From NCBI GenBank assembly GCA_017499595.2, contig CM038998.1, positions 806,001-870,000 of the forward strand: a stretch of DNA of 64,000 nucleotides, given 5' to 3'. The notes beneath the pieces were generated by a model. That model searched no databases, was not told the origin of the DNA, and saw only the letters and a list, made by a program, of their open reading frames with translations. Made by a program: the position numbers and the translations under genes. Positions 51,926 to 64,000 of the stretch are shown here, one piece after another (the stretch's first letter is position 1; each line of letters starts with the position of its first letter). This DNA comes from Psilocybe cubensis. Lineage: Eukaryota.

Positions 51926-52639
51926 ATGACGACCCCCCTTCGCACATTCTTCCTTTGCTCCCTCGTCGCTGTCGGCTTTATTTCGCTGTACCATATTCTT
52001 CCATTTGACATCCTCGCAAACCCGTTCTCCGACGCAATCATGGCAGGCAAACCAGCGACACAAGTGGGCAGGTTAGCCGGGTTCATAGCCCGCGCAGAGC
52101 TCCTGCCCCCATCAAGATTCGACCCACCCCCACCTCGCAAGGACATCGCACTCATCGCGCTGCTAAATGCACCCGTCGAGCAGAACGGTGTCTCGCTCGT
52201 GCTCTTCACAGACCACACGCTGCTTTCTGCATCAGGGGCCTACTATAAGCTCACTGCGGATGATTATACGGCGCTGCATGCGCTCGCGCGGGACATCACA
52301 CATGGCGGCGTCCTCCCAGTGCCCGAAGACTCGTTCCGCAACACATGGCGCGTGAGGCATGAGAGGACCGGCCGTCCGATCGACAGGTTCTTGGTCCCAA
52401 AACGTACACTGAGCGAGGTTCCAGAGCAGGAGTATGAAAGGGAGTTTGATGAAGTTAGTGTCTATGGGTGGGATAGGGAGAAACGGGAACTGCAGACGCC
52501 TGTGGGTGCTTATACGGAGCTCCCGGATCAGTTGTACGAGGCAGGTGCGGTGGTTGCGGAGGCGAGAGTTGGCGCGGATGGGCAGAGGAATGAGGACACG
52601 TTGAAGAAAGTTAGAGGTATCTTGGGAAATGTATTCTAA
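51926..52639 (+). CDS. Hypothetical protein, intronless
   Basis: 237-aa ORF with coding-like composition; hydrophobic N-terminus or later start at MAGKP. No domain recognised. Confidence 0.7.
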   Translation: MTTPLRTFFLCSLVAVGFISLYHILPFDILANPFSDAIMAGKPATQVGRLAGFIARAELLPPSRFDPPPPRKDIALIALLNAPVEQNGVSLVLFTDHTLLSASGAYYKLTADDYTALHALARDITHGGVLPVPEDSFRNTWRVRHERTGRPIDRFLVPKRTLSEVPEQEYEREFDEVSVYGWDREKRELQTPVGAYTELPDQLYEAGAVVAEARVGADGQRNEDTLKKVRGILGNVF

Positions 52640-52888
52640 ACTGTGGACGAGAGTGTGTTTGTTGAGACGTGAGTTGCCTTTGTTTTGATCTTGGTAGCAC
52701 TAACTCATGCAATTTGTTTAGTCCATTAAACCCTTCCCTTCAGACCATATATGTATTTGTGATTTTGATTTTATGTTGTATACTCAATCTTCGATGGTTT
52801 TTGGAATCAAATCCACCACCTGTAAGTAGATCATGCTTGAAGGTCAAGTGGATACAGTATAATTTTCGTCTAGCATTAAAACTTTCTA

Positions 52889-54239
52889 TCATGGCTTGAA
52901 CTCTTCTCCAAGCTTCATGTGATTCCAACAGATAGCCCATCCTAAATCGTCACCAAACATCATTTTTCTAACATCTGCCCCAGCCTTGACCCCTTCAGCA
53001 TCACTATACCCTACTGCTTCATTCCCAACAGCCAACGCCATCATAGGTGGTATCGGATCTATCTCGCTATCCTTAAGTTCTCCTGCCTTCTTTTCACCTC
53101 TTGCGACCAGCATCCTCCTGTGAATATTTCTCGCAGCCAAACCGCCCATCCACATAGCCGCGCCAGCGCGCTTGATACCGCTCCATTTCACTGTGTCGCC
53201 CACGCAGAAGTGGCCCTCTGGCAAGTTCTTGATCGCAAGGTTGGCATCGATATGTACATACCCTGCTTCATCTACAGCTTCCTTAGGCAGGAACTCGCGT
53301 CCGGTCGGGTGCTGTCCTGAGATGGCGGTGATGACCACAGCGGCTCGCATGACCTCGCCCGTGGACAGACGTAGCTCCCAGAGCTCAGGCTCTTCAGACA
53401 CCTTGGTCGTCTCGAGCACGCGCGCACCGAGTTTGAGCTCGACACCGGTCTTTTTGAGTAGCTCGGCTGCGGTTTCTGCGAATTTGTCGGGGAGCGGTTC
53501 GGCGGATAGGAGGCGCGCCCGTGAGTGGACGAGGGTCACGGGGAGCGTCGCGCCGTGGTCAGAGCTGTGATGCGCAGACGCGTGCTTGAGCTCAGCCGCC
53601 ATTTCAATACCGACCGCGCCGCCCCCGATGACGACCACTCCATGCTGCTTCGCAGATGCGGACCCGACGCGGTCGAGGTGCGCTAGAGCTTCAGAGAGGT
53701 AGCCGGCCTTGGTGTGCGCGCTAGGCACGGTCGGCCACACGCGGCGCAGGCCCGTTGCGACGATGCAGTAGTCGTAGGACTGGGATACCGTTTCCACGGG
53801 GCCTCCTGGTATTGAAGACGCCTTTGAGATGATCGCTGTGCGCGTGGATGGAGAGAGAGAGGTAACAGTGCCTTGGATGAAGGTGAGATTGGGTGCGTTG
53901 CGCAGCCCGGGGATATCTGAGAAGCGTTGCCAGATTTTATGTGCATAGTCGCGGTCTGCGAGCGCGAGTGGGTTTCCAATCAGATGCACTGTGAGTTTTT
54001 GGACGTTAAATATCCAAGACATATGTGACTGGAGAGTAAATAAGAGAGGGCTGCTCACCGTATCCATCCCGCTCGTCGACGACAGTGATCTCGACTGGAA
54101 ACTTGCTCTCCGACTCAAGGGGGTCGCTGGAGGAGTCAAATCTCGGGCGCTTGCCGTGGGTAAGGTCAAGTAGATTCGTAACAGCTCCGAGCCCGCCGTA
54201 GGCGCCGCCGATGACAAGTACCTTGAACTTCAGTTCCAT
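52889..54239 (-). CDS. FAD/NAD(P)-dependent oxidoreductase, AIF/AMID-like; one intron (53989-54058)
   Basis: KVLVIGGAYGG, YDYCIVATG, VVIGGGAVGIEMAAELK, VTLVHSR, FCVGD. Confidence 0.9.
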
Positions 54240-55226
54240 CGCGCTATCTTGGGGAAGTTATTTTTGGGAAGCTGTTTTGAGGGATTCGTTTTCATTTCTC
54301 TTATCTGATAATTTGCTGATGCTGATGGAGGGTCGGCGATCTCCGACGGACATGGTTGCAACCGTTTAACCGCCCTTTGAAATTGTTATTTACTATATGC
54401 CCACTCGCGTAGATTTTAGAACAATTGAACGGGCGAGAACCCAAAGGGCATTGATAAATAGATCATGAAATATCTATGTCCATTCACTGCTACTGGCTGT
54501 CGTTAAAGCATCTCTCCTAACTCGGTCCGGCTACACCCAAGAGTCCAAGTCCAGCCAAAATGTAGTGATTTTAAATGCAAGACTACGAAACGGTTGACAA
54601 CTGGGGTTATTCAAGGCATGATGAACGTTCTGACGCAATTGTTGACGCGCTGGAAGGGCTTGTGGTGTGTCTCAATCTCAAAGTTGGGCAGATTTATACA
54701 GTTGACATTAATTTCTCTCTCGTTGGTTCGATATGTTGCTCGTAGATGGGATAGCTTCAGAATCGTCCTCAGAGGATTAACTTACAGGTCCACTAGTCCA
54801 CTATCAATTAATGCGGTAGAGTCTTGTGAACCCTCAGCATCCAACGCCACTTTTCCATTGCTACATGAATATTTCCATGAGAAACCCTGAGAGACTCCTA
54901 TTCAATAACTTCCCTGGCCATTTTTTGACCCACTCTTTATGCAATATGGCATTATTATTGAGATACCTATATAAAATCAAACAATTCAGGTAGGCATTTG
55001 ACACCTCATACTTTGCGCATAGCAAATTTAGAACCTCAATCCCAAGATTTAAGTTCGTTCTTGTTGAACTTTTGTACGGCCGGCATGGTCGGACTTGAAA
55101 TTAAATTCCCACGAGATGTTGTCTGGCAAGTGTCCGCGTCTGTGCAGCTTCATTTCACCCAGTCACAATGAAAGCGCATTCTTCCCTTGTCATTTGTCCC
55201 TCATCCATGCATACACTCTGCCTGAG

Positions 55227-57698
55227 ATGTATAGAGTCTTTTTAGGAGCTCCTGCGTTGTCTGAGATCAATAACGACCCCAGCACCTACTCATGGCGAAC
55301 CGTTTCTTCGCACAGCTCAGGGATCGCATCGAAACTCACTAAATCTACGAAATCTTTCTTATATCCTACCCAAGGGACGTCTGAAAGTCGTTTGAGCCAG
55401 TCCTCTATTGTTATTCCTCTTGCTACCTTGGAAGAGGCAAGTCGACGGATATCGTTAATTTGCAAAGATTTAGCATTCAGTGATGGTCCAGAGGATCCTG
55501 TGGAGGAAAGCTTTGCGACCGACAACATTGATGGGACACAGGGAGAATATTCTGGTGTGCCTGCCGAGCATAAGATTGGGCTCATCAGAAACCAGCACCC
55601 TTACGTAATCAATGGGCTTGGCGCCAAGAGCGGCCAAAATCCAGCTCGAAAAAAAAATCAAAAGTTATGTTGACGGAAAATGGTTTCAGACAAAAAGTTT
55701 AAAAAAAAAAAATTCATAAATGTGCATATACAATCCTTACTACTAGCCTTTATGCCCACAATAATAGAATTACACCTCAGAGGTCAAATTGTAGTCTCTG
55801 GAAGTCCATAATGAGTCTGAGAGGTATTACTTAGGCGTGACTTATTGTCACGTGTGGTCACGTGTACCATTATATAAGCGGCCAAAAGAACATTGTCAAA
55901 TTTTCGAAAATCTCCCAAACTCGAGAAAACACCATTTCTGACGTGTTAGACTAAAAAAAAAGGAAAAAAATTAAAATCTTTATAACTTCTTGAGATCAAA
56001 ATTTTTTTGAAAAAAAAAACCACAGATGTGTTCAAAGAAGCATAACCTACATATCTGTGGTTCAAAAATGTAGAATAGTGTGAGTGCAGAAGGGTTGAAA
56101 AGGTTCGGAGGTAAGCCAACTTTTGCTTACCTAAGGGGGTGCTGGTTCCTGATGAGCCCAATAGATTGGGCTCATCAGAAACCAGCACCCTTACGTAATC
56201 AATGGGCTTGGCGCCAAGAGCGGCCAAAATCCAGCTCGAAAAAAAAATCAAAAGTTATGTTGACGGAAAATGGTTTCAGACAAAAAGTTTAAAAAAAAAA
56301 AATTCATAAATGTGCATATACAATCCTTACTACTAGCCTTTATGCCCACAATAATAGAATTACACCTCAGAGGTCAAATTGTAGTCTCTGGAAGTCCATA
56401 ATGAGTCTGAGAGGTATTACTTAGGCGTGACTTATTGTCACGTGTGGTCACGTGTACCATTATATAAGCGGCCAAAAGAACATTGTCAAATTTTCGAAAA
56501 TCTCCCAAACTCGAGAAAACACCATTTCTGACGTGTTAGACTAAAAAAAAAGGAAAAAAATTAAAATCTTTATAACTTCTTGAGATCAAAATTTTTTTGA
56601 AAAAAAAAACCACAGATGTGTTCAAAGAAGCATAACCTACATATCTGTGGTTCAAAAATGTAGAATAGTGTGAGTGCAGAAGGGTTGAAAAGGTTCGGAG
56701 GTAAGCCAACTTTTGCTTACCTAAGGGGGTGCTGGTTCCTGATGAGCCCAATCTTACTGCTGAAGTGTCCGTCTTTCGAGGCAAAGGTGATTCTTGGATA
56801 ATAATCTGCTTTTCCTTGCTAAATGTTGATCAAATAGAACAAACCACCCTAATCTCGTGGCCACCGAGTCGACCCGTAGGTGACGAGCTTGACGAATCGA
56901 AAGATAGCTTCAATTCCCCTTCTTTCCTATTAGACACATCATCCTCATTAGACTCCAACTCGTCCCTCCTTCGCCGCGGCTCAGAACCTCCTCAAACTTC
57001 GCCTCCTGAAACGCAAGCTTCGGCTGAATCTCAGTCGCGGTTTCTGGAGACGCAAGACCCAGAGTCCCAATCTTTTGGGAACTACTCTGACGCCTCATCG
57101 ATTGCCCGTTTTCCTTCCTTTCATTTTAACCTACACACTCTCACGTCTCTTTCCTCCCTCGTTGAAAGAAAGTTTAAAGGGTCGGTCAAAATCAGTTGTC
57201 TACTCGCCGTGTTGGAGGTCGAAGGTCCCGATACAATTCGTATCAAAAACGGAGCTGAGGCCGGGAAGGAGGTGTCCATTCTCAAAATAGTATTGGGAGA
57301 CGAGGAGGGAACAGTCTGCAAACTCACTGCGTCGTGGAGAGAAATTGCTGAGGATTGGGGCGGTGCAGGCAAAGCGGTTGCAACGAAACGGGGGGATATC
57401 GTGTACCTAGAGAGTATGCATCTCCTTTTACTCCTTTATTTCTTCTCTTCTCCAGGCTGAGCCTATATGTTTCCAATTAGATGTTATGGCCTCCTGTGAT
57501 CCTGCAACGTCAATCACCCTATCACCATCACCCTACCTGAAATCGGTTCTAACTATTTGCTATCGCAGTATGCCTTACTCCCACGAAGATGGGAGGATGA
57601 GGCCTGATCTGCGTTTGGGGTTCAGTGACCCCGCTGTGCGCAAGGTCGCAGCCGTCGTATCGTGGTTTGAAGACTTGGCTGGCCTAGAGCAGATTTAG
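55227..57698 (+). pseudogene. SHLD2-like OB-fold protein gene interrupted by a MITE dimer
   Basis: MYRVFLGAP start, Ser-rich linker, OB fold KISCLLAVLEV...IRIKNGAEAGKEVSILKIVLGD...WRE...KRGDIVYLENV; introns 56787-56837 and 57414-57480. Removing the insert restores PAEH|TAEV in frame. Confidence 0.7.
55573..56754. mobile_element. Head-to-tail dimer of the 592-bp MITE (55573-56162, 56163-56754)
   Basis: Two directly repeated copies, TA TSD only at the outer ends (55571-72, 56755-56), junction CCCAAT|AGATTGGG. Confidence 0.93.
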
Positions 57699-57980
57699 GT
57701 CAGCTCACACAACTGTTTAATAACCACTCCGCATGCCACATACTAGCGTTTTTCGGGACCTATAATGTATGACGTGTCTGGTTTGCGGGAACAATGGTAT
57801 CCCCTCCCCTAGCCACTTACGACACTTCAGATTCTCAGAAATGGCTTTCGACTTGTCCCCTCGGGTCCAAGCATCACACTTACTTACCTTTATAAATTTT
57901 TGTAGCGTACCCTTCGTTTTCTTTCAACTCTCTCGCCATCGACATCTGCTATACATGCCACACTGCTTGAACGTCAAAAC

Positions 57981-59690
57981 ATGAATTGCTCGGAGGCGTG
58001 CGGTAATCGTGATGCACTATTATGGTCTCTTTCTCAACCTGGGGGGCTTTTTCACCCAGTAAATTGGATGCCACATCGACCTCACACACATCGACCACAT
58101 AGCCCCGTTGTGACGAATCCACGAGCATTTTCGAATGTTAGCCCGTGCAAACGCGGCATCAACACACTGCCCAACGAAATGCTCGCCGAAATATTTAAAA
58201 TGTTCGCCAAATCGGATAAACGTCTGCGAATCATTACAGCTGTTTGTCAGACATGGCGGGAGACCGCTATTACCACACCTCGCCTCTGGACGCGCTGGAC
58301 GCTTTTTATATCTTCCAGAACCTGCGTAGATCAACTCAACTTTGCTAAAGACTGTCTTAAGCGCTCTGGCGGCCTTCCGATACATATTTCACTATCTGTC
58401 GTTCACAAGCCACATTGTACAAGGACAATTCTGGATCTTATAGACGCCATTGCGGAAGAAAGAGTTATATCTCGTTGTTATCACTTGCAGTATTCTGGTC
58501 CGTCGAAGCTACTATCCAGATTTCATGGTGCTTCGGCTCCCAAATTGCACTCCCTTTCGCTTTACCTCCAAGATCCCCACTACATCACAGCGACAACTCC
58601 GTTGAATCTTGGGCCCGCAGCAAAGCCGAGCTCTCTCTATTTATGCGGTTTCCCTTTGGCATCGTTGACAATAGGCTGGTGCAATCTCACAACCATCACA
58701 GCGTTTTCCATGTTAGTCGAGGACGTTCTGAACTTGCTCAACATAGCATATAACCTGACTGAATGTCGTCTCATACACCTTCAAAATCTACCCAATGCAC
58801 AAACGATGGGTGACAAAGCCATCTCTCATCCAAAGCTTCATTGTTTTTACGCCAATTTCACTCTGCGATTTTATCAATTTCCTGATTTCTTCAACCTGAT
58901 ATCACTGCGAAATCTCACTACCCTCTCTTTGGAATTCCCCATATATAGTATCCCAGCCGATCCTTTGATTAATTTCCTTGAGCGATCTGGACCCTCACTC
59001 AAATCACTTTCTTTGGCAGAAGCCGGGCCAACACTGCTTGGCGAGGAACTCATCAACGTGTGTTTGACAACACCCCAATTGACTACTTTAGATTTGTGGT
59101 TCCGACCGCCAGGCAGGTATGACGTTGAAGAATATCTTGGCCCATTCTTTGAGCGACTTTGCTTGGATCCCGAACAAAGAGACATACCCGCTAATGAAGT
59201 GCCGATACTTCCGCTACTCCAGACGTTTATCCTCGAAATGCACGGCGATTTCCCCTGGCACTTGCTACCTGGAATGATTAGTCCCTTCAACAATGGAATA
59301 CATTCTACTCGCCGTCCTTTACAAAAAGTTGTGATCAAGTGTTATGTTGACTTGGAGGAAAGGATGAACGACTCTGATGGTTCTGAGAGTTCCCATTCTT
59401 CGGATTCAGGCGATGATGAAGGCGACATCACTCCAGATAGAAAAAGCACTCCAAAGCACGAACGCAGATTCTCAATCGATGACCGTCTAGCGACTATCAA
59501 TAAGTTCAGAAGACTGCGTGAAATATCTTATGCGTTGATTCCCGATTGGGATACCTACGACATGCTTTGGGACTTCGGAAGGCAACTTAGTACCTTCCAA
59601 CTTCTGCTCTCATCTGAATATCAAAGTCATCACGAATGGGATTTGTTTGAACTTTCGTGTTTACTCTTGGATCTGGACGATCCGCAATGA
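57981..59690 (+). CDS. F-box/LRR-like protein, intronless
   Basis: INTLPNEMLAEIF...ITAVCQTWRETAITTPRLWT, CLKRSGGLP, degenerate LRR-like repeats; same family type as 21083-24037. Start may be a later Met. Confidence 0.85.
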   Translation: MNCSEACGNRDALLWSLSQPGGLFHPVNWMPHRPHTHRPHSPVVTNPRAFSNVSPCKRGINTLPNEMLAEIFKMFAKSDKRLRIITAVCQTWRETAITTPRLWTRWTLFISSRTCVDQLNFAKDCLKRSGGLPIHISLSVVHKPHCTRTILDLIDAIAEERVISRCYHLQYSGPSKLLSRFHGASAPKLHSLSLYLQDPHYITATTPLNLGPAAKPSSLYLCGFPLASLTIGWCNLTTITAFSMLVEDVLNLLNIAYNLTECRLIHLQNLPNAQTMGDKAISHPKLHCFYANFTLRFYQFPDFFNLISLRNLTTLSLEFPIYSIPADPLINFLERSGPSLKSLSLAEAGPTLLGEELINVCLTTPQLTTLDLWFRPPGRYDVEEYLGPFFERLCLDPEQRDIPANEVPILPLLQTFILEMHGDFPWHLLPGMISPFNNGIHSTRRPLQKVVIKCYVDLEERMNDSDGSESSHSSDSGDDEGDITPDRKSTPKHERRFSIDDRLATINKFRRLREISYALIPDWDTYDMLWDFGRQLSTFQLLLSSEYQSHHEWDLFELSCLLLDLDDPQ

Positions 59691-60451
59691 ACCACTGTAA
59701 CACCTGGGGCATTTGATCTGTGGAGATGTACTGCCGCTCAATTGTGCGGGTTTTTTCTTGGTTCTCTGTCCTTACATACGGTTGTAGTGTGATAGTGTGA
59801 TGTCCCTTCAATCTACATGGTTAACAAAGAGCCTCCACTGTCATACGCATTTTAATAATCCGGCGCGTTGTATTTGCCCAGGAAGTTTCTTTTGATCTAC
59901 TTATATGTATACATTTAATGAACTATCGAAACATATCAACACATTTGGTGGTTCAACGACAAGTGATCTCGAATACAAGTACAGTTCAAAATTTTACAGG
60001 CAATCGGAACAAAAATGGCTCTATGACGATACAAGAAGCCAAATAAAGAGAAAAAAAAAACGAAACGGAAGCAGATAATTATTTCAAATGATGATCAAGA
60101 AAGGACGTGGAGCGATGGACAATCTCTTCAAGGCAATGGCGTGTTGGTATACTATTGAGGAATATTCGTTTCGTAAGGGATGATGATAGGATGGGTATGC
60201 GTGGATTGGCGTTGGAAGGCGTAAGAGTATAAGGGTGGTGGATGAGCGTGATATCTATGGATATGGGTATAAGAGATTGCGGAGGGATGTACAGAGTGGA
60301 AGTCGAGATTGTGCATCGTGTACAGTCGAAGGGATAATGATATTGTTCCAAGAAAAATGCTGACAGGAGGCAAGAGACCGTCCCCGTGTATATTTTAAGT
60401 GTTGTGGTTGGTTGGCGGACAGACTCGCCTCTTCAAGTTCGGAAAGAGGGT

Positions 60452-63155
60452 TTATGCCCCTTTGCCGAGGGCCAGTTCCACGATCACATACATATTTGCA
60501 GCGACAACGACGAGCCAAATCATGGCCCCAACAGCCATCGTTAGCTTGTTGTTGCTGTAATCTACTAGCTCTCCATTGTCATCCGCATTTTCTAATCCAC
60601 TGAGAGTCACTGTAGAGATCTCAGAAGGCGCCGCATTCACAGTAGATTCTATGAAGCCAGAAGAACCAGGGTTATCGACCGGCATCTTGCGGACAGTCAT
60701 GATGGCCTTGCTAGATGTGCAAAAGAGCAACGGAAATGTGATAAAGGGCAGCACAATCGAGAGAACAACCTGCGACACGACGAGCAGGACATCAATCCCA
60801 GCTCGGCCAAGAGCGATGGCGACGATCATAGCCGGTATAATGGCAAGAAGGCGTGTAAACAACCGACGAACTATAGGCTATGAAAGGGAATGGATAGAAA
60901 AGAGGTGAGGATGCATGGGCATAACAACCTTTTAAAGGATACTGTGAACTTACCGATACACGCCATTGCAAAAAGCCTTCACATACAGCTTGGCCAGCGA
61001 CGGTGGCAATGATGGACGAGCTCTGAACAAACACCATACAAAGTAGTCAATACCTGGCTATTTTTTGTCGCGATATATAGACACCGAGCACTGACCTGTC
61101 CAGCAGCCAAAAGTGCAATAGCAAATAGGGTGGCGGCGGCTACCGAAAGGCCGACAAATCAGCTTCGTGTGATAGGTGAACTATTTAAAAGACATACGTT
61201 TGCCAACAATATCACGAATAAGATCATAAGCATCAAACAAGCTGGCAGCGTCCTTGTCCTGTGGCATTTCCTTTCCGTAAAAGAACACGGCGGCAGCCAA
61301 CATCAAAATCCTATCAGACGCGACAAAAAAGTCAATATTAAAATGAGATAAATGATCAATGAAGGGGTAGAAGATGCGGCTTACAGTGAATTAATCATGA
61401 CGGCAAACCCTAGAAGACTGCCAACAATATCGAATGTTCCATGATAGATATGCGCACGGATGAACTCGTAAGTATTATTTTGGCGTTCGCTGTGCCGTGT
61501 CGCAGCCGTAGCGAATATGCTCGCCGGCGGTTTACGGAATGCATCAAGTACTGAGTATCGACATTCTTCGTATATTCTGTGCCAGAGGGATTGACGTTCC
61601 GGTACTTGCGGTACTTGAGTTAGAGATTCTTGTGAATCTTTCGTGACCAGTGTAGTTAGCGTCCTCGTATCTTTGTCCGACCTAAATGAGACCCGATCTT
61701 GTGTTGCAAGAGCTGACCCAAGGAAGAGACTGTGCGGCATGACAGTTGCTCCAAGAATACCCACAGCTATAATGGTCCCAAGAGTCAGCTTCCAAAACCC
61801 AAAAGTTGAAAGCAGACTATTATTAAAACGAACAGGTATATACGCCCCCTTGAGCAAAAATGTGCTTCGAAGGGATATAGCCTTCGAAGGCGTGCGCCCA
61901 GTTTACGTCAACCTTGGAAATAATGACGATCATACAGATCAAAACCGCGAGAACCTACAAGAGAAATGGATTGAGCGCATAGTAAAAAAAATGACTGGCA
62001 AAAATTTACCATGGCACCAATAAGCAATTCGAACATCCTCACAGGCTTTCCACGCAAAGGATCACCCATTCCGAGAATCAAGATTACATCGAAGGCAGTG
62101 ATTAGTACACCATGCCAGAGCTCCAGCTTTGGGAAAAGCATGCAGAGAGCAATCGCAGATCCTAGAAGCTCAGCAAGGTCCGTGGCGATGATAGCAACTT
62201 CCGCCAAGACATAGAGGGGATAAAGACCCAGCCATCGGTAAAGAAGCGTATGCTTAGGACGATTGTATAACAATAAACGTGTGTGGGAAGCGAGATCTAA
62301 AGTGTGAATAAGTGTGTAAGCATTTCCTGATCCTAGAAGGGTGCTGCGGAACCAGCGAGAGAGGCCAAAGTGAATGGTGGAAAAAATTGGGGCGTTTAAC
62401 ACGGAAAACGACGAAAATGAGACGCGAAGTAGGGTATATATAGGTTCCCGACAACCTCCTTGGGAGGCACATGGTTCCTAATTATACCCACACCTATGGC
62501 TTGGATGTAAAATGATACGGAGCCGATGGCAAAGGCAGAGAAGGACTGCCCGCTACCATGCTAAGTTTTGAACGGGGCGGTTATGCCGGCGACAGAGAAT
62601 TAATGGGAAGTTCACAGTTGGCTTGACCCAAAGGTCAGACCGGCACGCCAGAAGCACAGCGTACACCCAATGGATACTTAGAAGTCGTGTCGCTCCATCG
62701 AGAAAAAGAGAAAATTCCAACAGTATGGCACATCAAACTCACCGATACCTGTCACGCAACCAAGTCGACTGGCAAGGACCTAAACAAAGTGACGTTTGCT
62801 TATCAGAACCATACGGCGTTCCGTCAACCCATCAATGACGCCCACCTGGAGGAAGACAGCAAAGAGTCCCGCGAGCAGGACCACGAACAACAAGTGATAT
62901 CCGAATTGGGAGCCTGCTTGGAGGTCGACGCCCCAATTACCACTGAATATCCACGCACTTCGTCATGCATGGCACATAGGCGAAAAGAGACAAGAGTACT
63001 CACGGGTCAAAATAAGCCACGGCACAGACTATACCGACGCCTGTGTGTTTCTTGCCATGGTGCACGACAACTGCGGCAGCATGTTTCAGGCGGCGGACAA
63101 AGGTGGCGGACGGGACGAGAGTGCTATGCGGGGCACTGGAGGGTGAGTCTGACAT
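60452..63155 (-). CDS. NRAMP/SMF-family divalent metal transporter, multi-exon
   Basis: AYFDP|GNW, LAEVAIIATDLAELLGSAIAL, GILGATVMPHSLFLGS, AGQAVCEGF, SQVVLSIVLPF. Confidence 0.93.
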
Positions 63156-64000
63156 GGGGGAGGGAGAGAGAAAAGTGGGGTGAGTTAGCTAACGATGGCC
63201 ATGAAATAGTGAACCGGGAGGAAGGACGACGAACCCAACACAGCGGACGAGACGAGCTTTGACGAAACGATTGAGCGGTACAGTGTTGGCCATTTTCATT
63301 CTTGGTCAGTCACACTTCCAGCCAATCACCATCCACCACTCCCTCCCGGCATTCCCCGAGCCGATACCTCCGCCTCCTCTAAAAGTATTAAAACCATGCC
63401 CACAACCTCCCCGATCACCGATTTTTCTTCCTTACCAAAGCCCTCCAGATTGAGTTTCGGAGACGTAATGCTACTGAAAACTATCCAGAAAACACCACTC
63501 GACAAATACATATGCGCCGCACAACAAACACATTGCTCCTCTGTCATCATCCAAACATACAAGGCTCCGCAAACATTTTCAACATGACTGCACCATCGAC
63601 AAAAACAAAGGAAGCAGTTGCCTGAAAAGTCTTGGGTCCTTGGCGACCCAGTACACCGTCATCGTTCACCGCCACCACCGCTGTCCATTAACCCTTCATC
63701 CAAATTAATGTTGCAAGTCCTCCAGTAGCGTCATCTTTTGTTACGACCGTGACCAAAATTAGTCGCAAAAAACCTCTTTTGCACCAAATCAACAAAACAT
63801 CGTACCTGGCAGAAAAATCACCTGGCCAACACCTAGTCCTCACAACCAATAACGCTTCTCTCTCCCTTCTATGGCATTAAGCTTCCTTTATCTTGTCACT
63901 GTCAGCGTATCGCCGCCGTTTAGCGAGGCTTTTCATGTTGAATCCGAAGGAGTGTCGTCTAGCATCTCGCCGTTTCTCACTCTTGTCCGGGATCCTAGGC

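Noticed and set aside
63396-64000. Short ORF and C/A-rich text at the window end
   Set aside because: Early stops, no domain, truncated context.

Overview
Eukaryotic, intron-rich fungal DNA. Short GT-AG introns, F-box/LRR-like genes and a DUF6534-type gene point to an agaricomycete; this is inferred from sequence features, not from a database search. 1-7 kb is poorly interpretable. About 7.3-21 kb is a microsatellite-saturated domain holding one giant low-complexity F-box-like gene. 21-33 kb is transposon-rich: a long-TIR DNA element interrupts an F-box gene and a full-length Tad1-like LINE interrupts a C2H2 zinc-finger gene. 33-64 kb is gene-dense: amidohydrolase, ankyrin protein, two tandem secreted SH3b-like pro-proteins separated by two CACTA-type MITEs, UTP14, DUF6534 membrane protein, Tra2-like RRM protein, AIF/AMID-like oxidoreductase, a SHLD2-like OB-fold gene interrupted by a MITE dimer, an F-box gene and an NRAMP transporter. 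The most notable signals are a covarying three-way-junction RNA shared by two LINE 3' ends, a head-to-tail MITE dimer with a circle-like junction, the SH3b-like secreted pair, a candidate poison exon in the Tra2-like gene, and an expanded versus compact pair of homologous segments at the edge of the repeat domain. No rRNA, tRNA or CRISPR array was seen.
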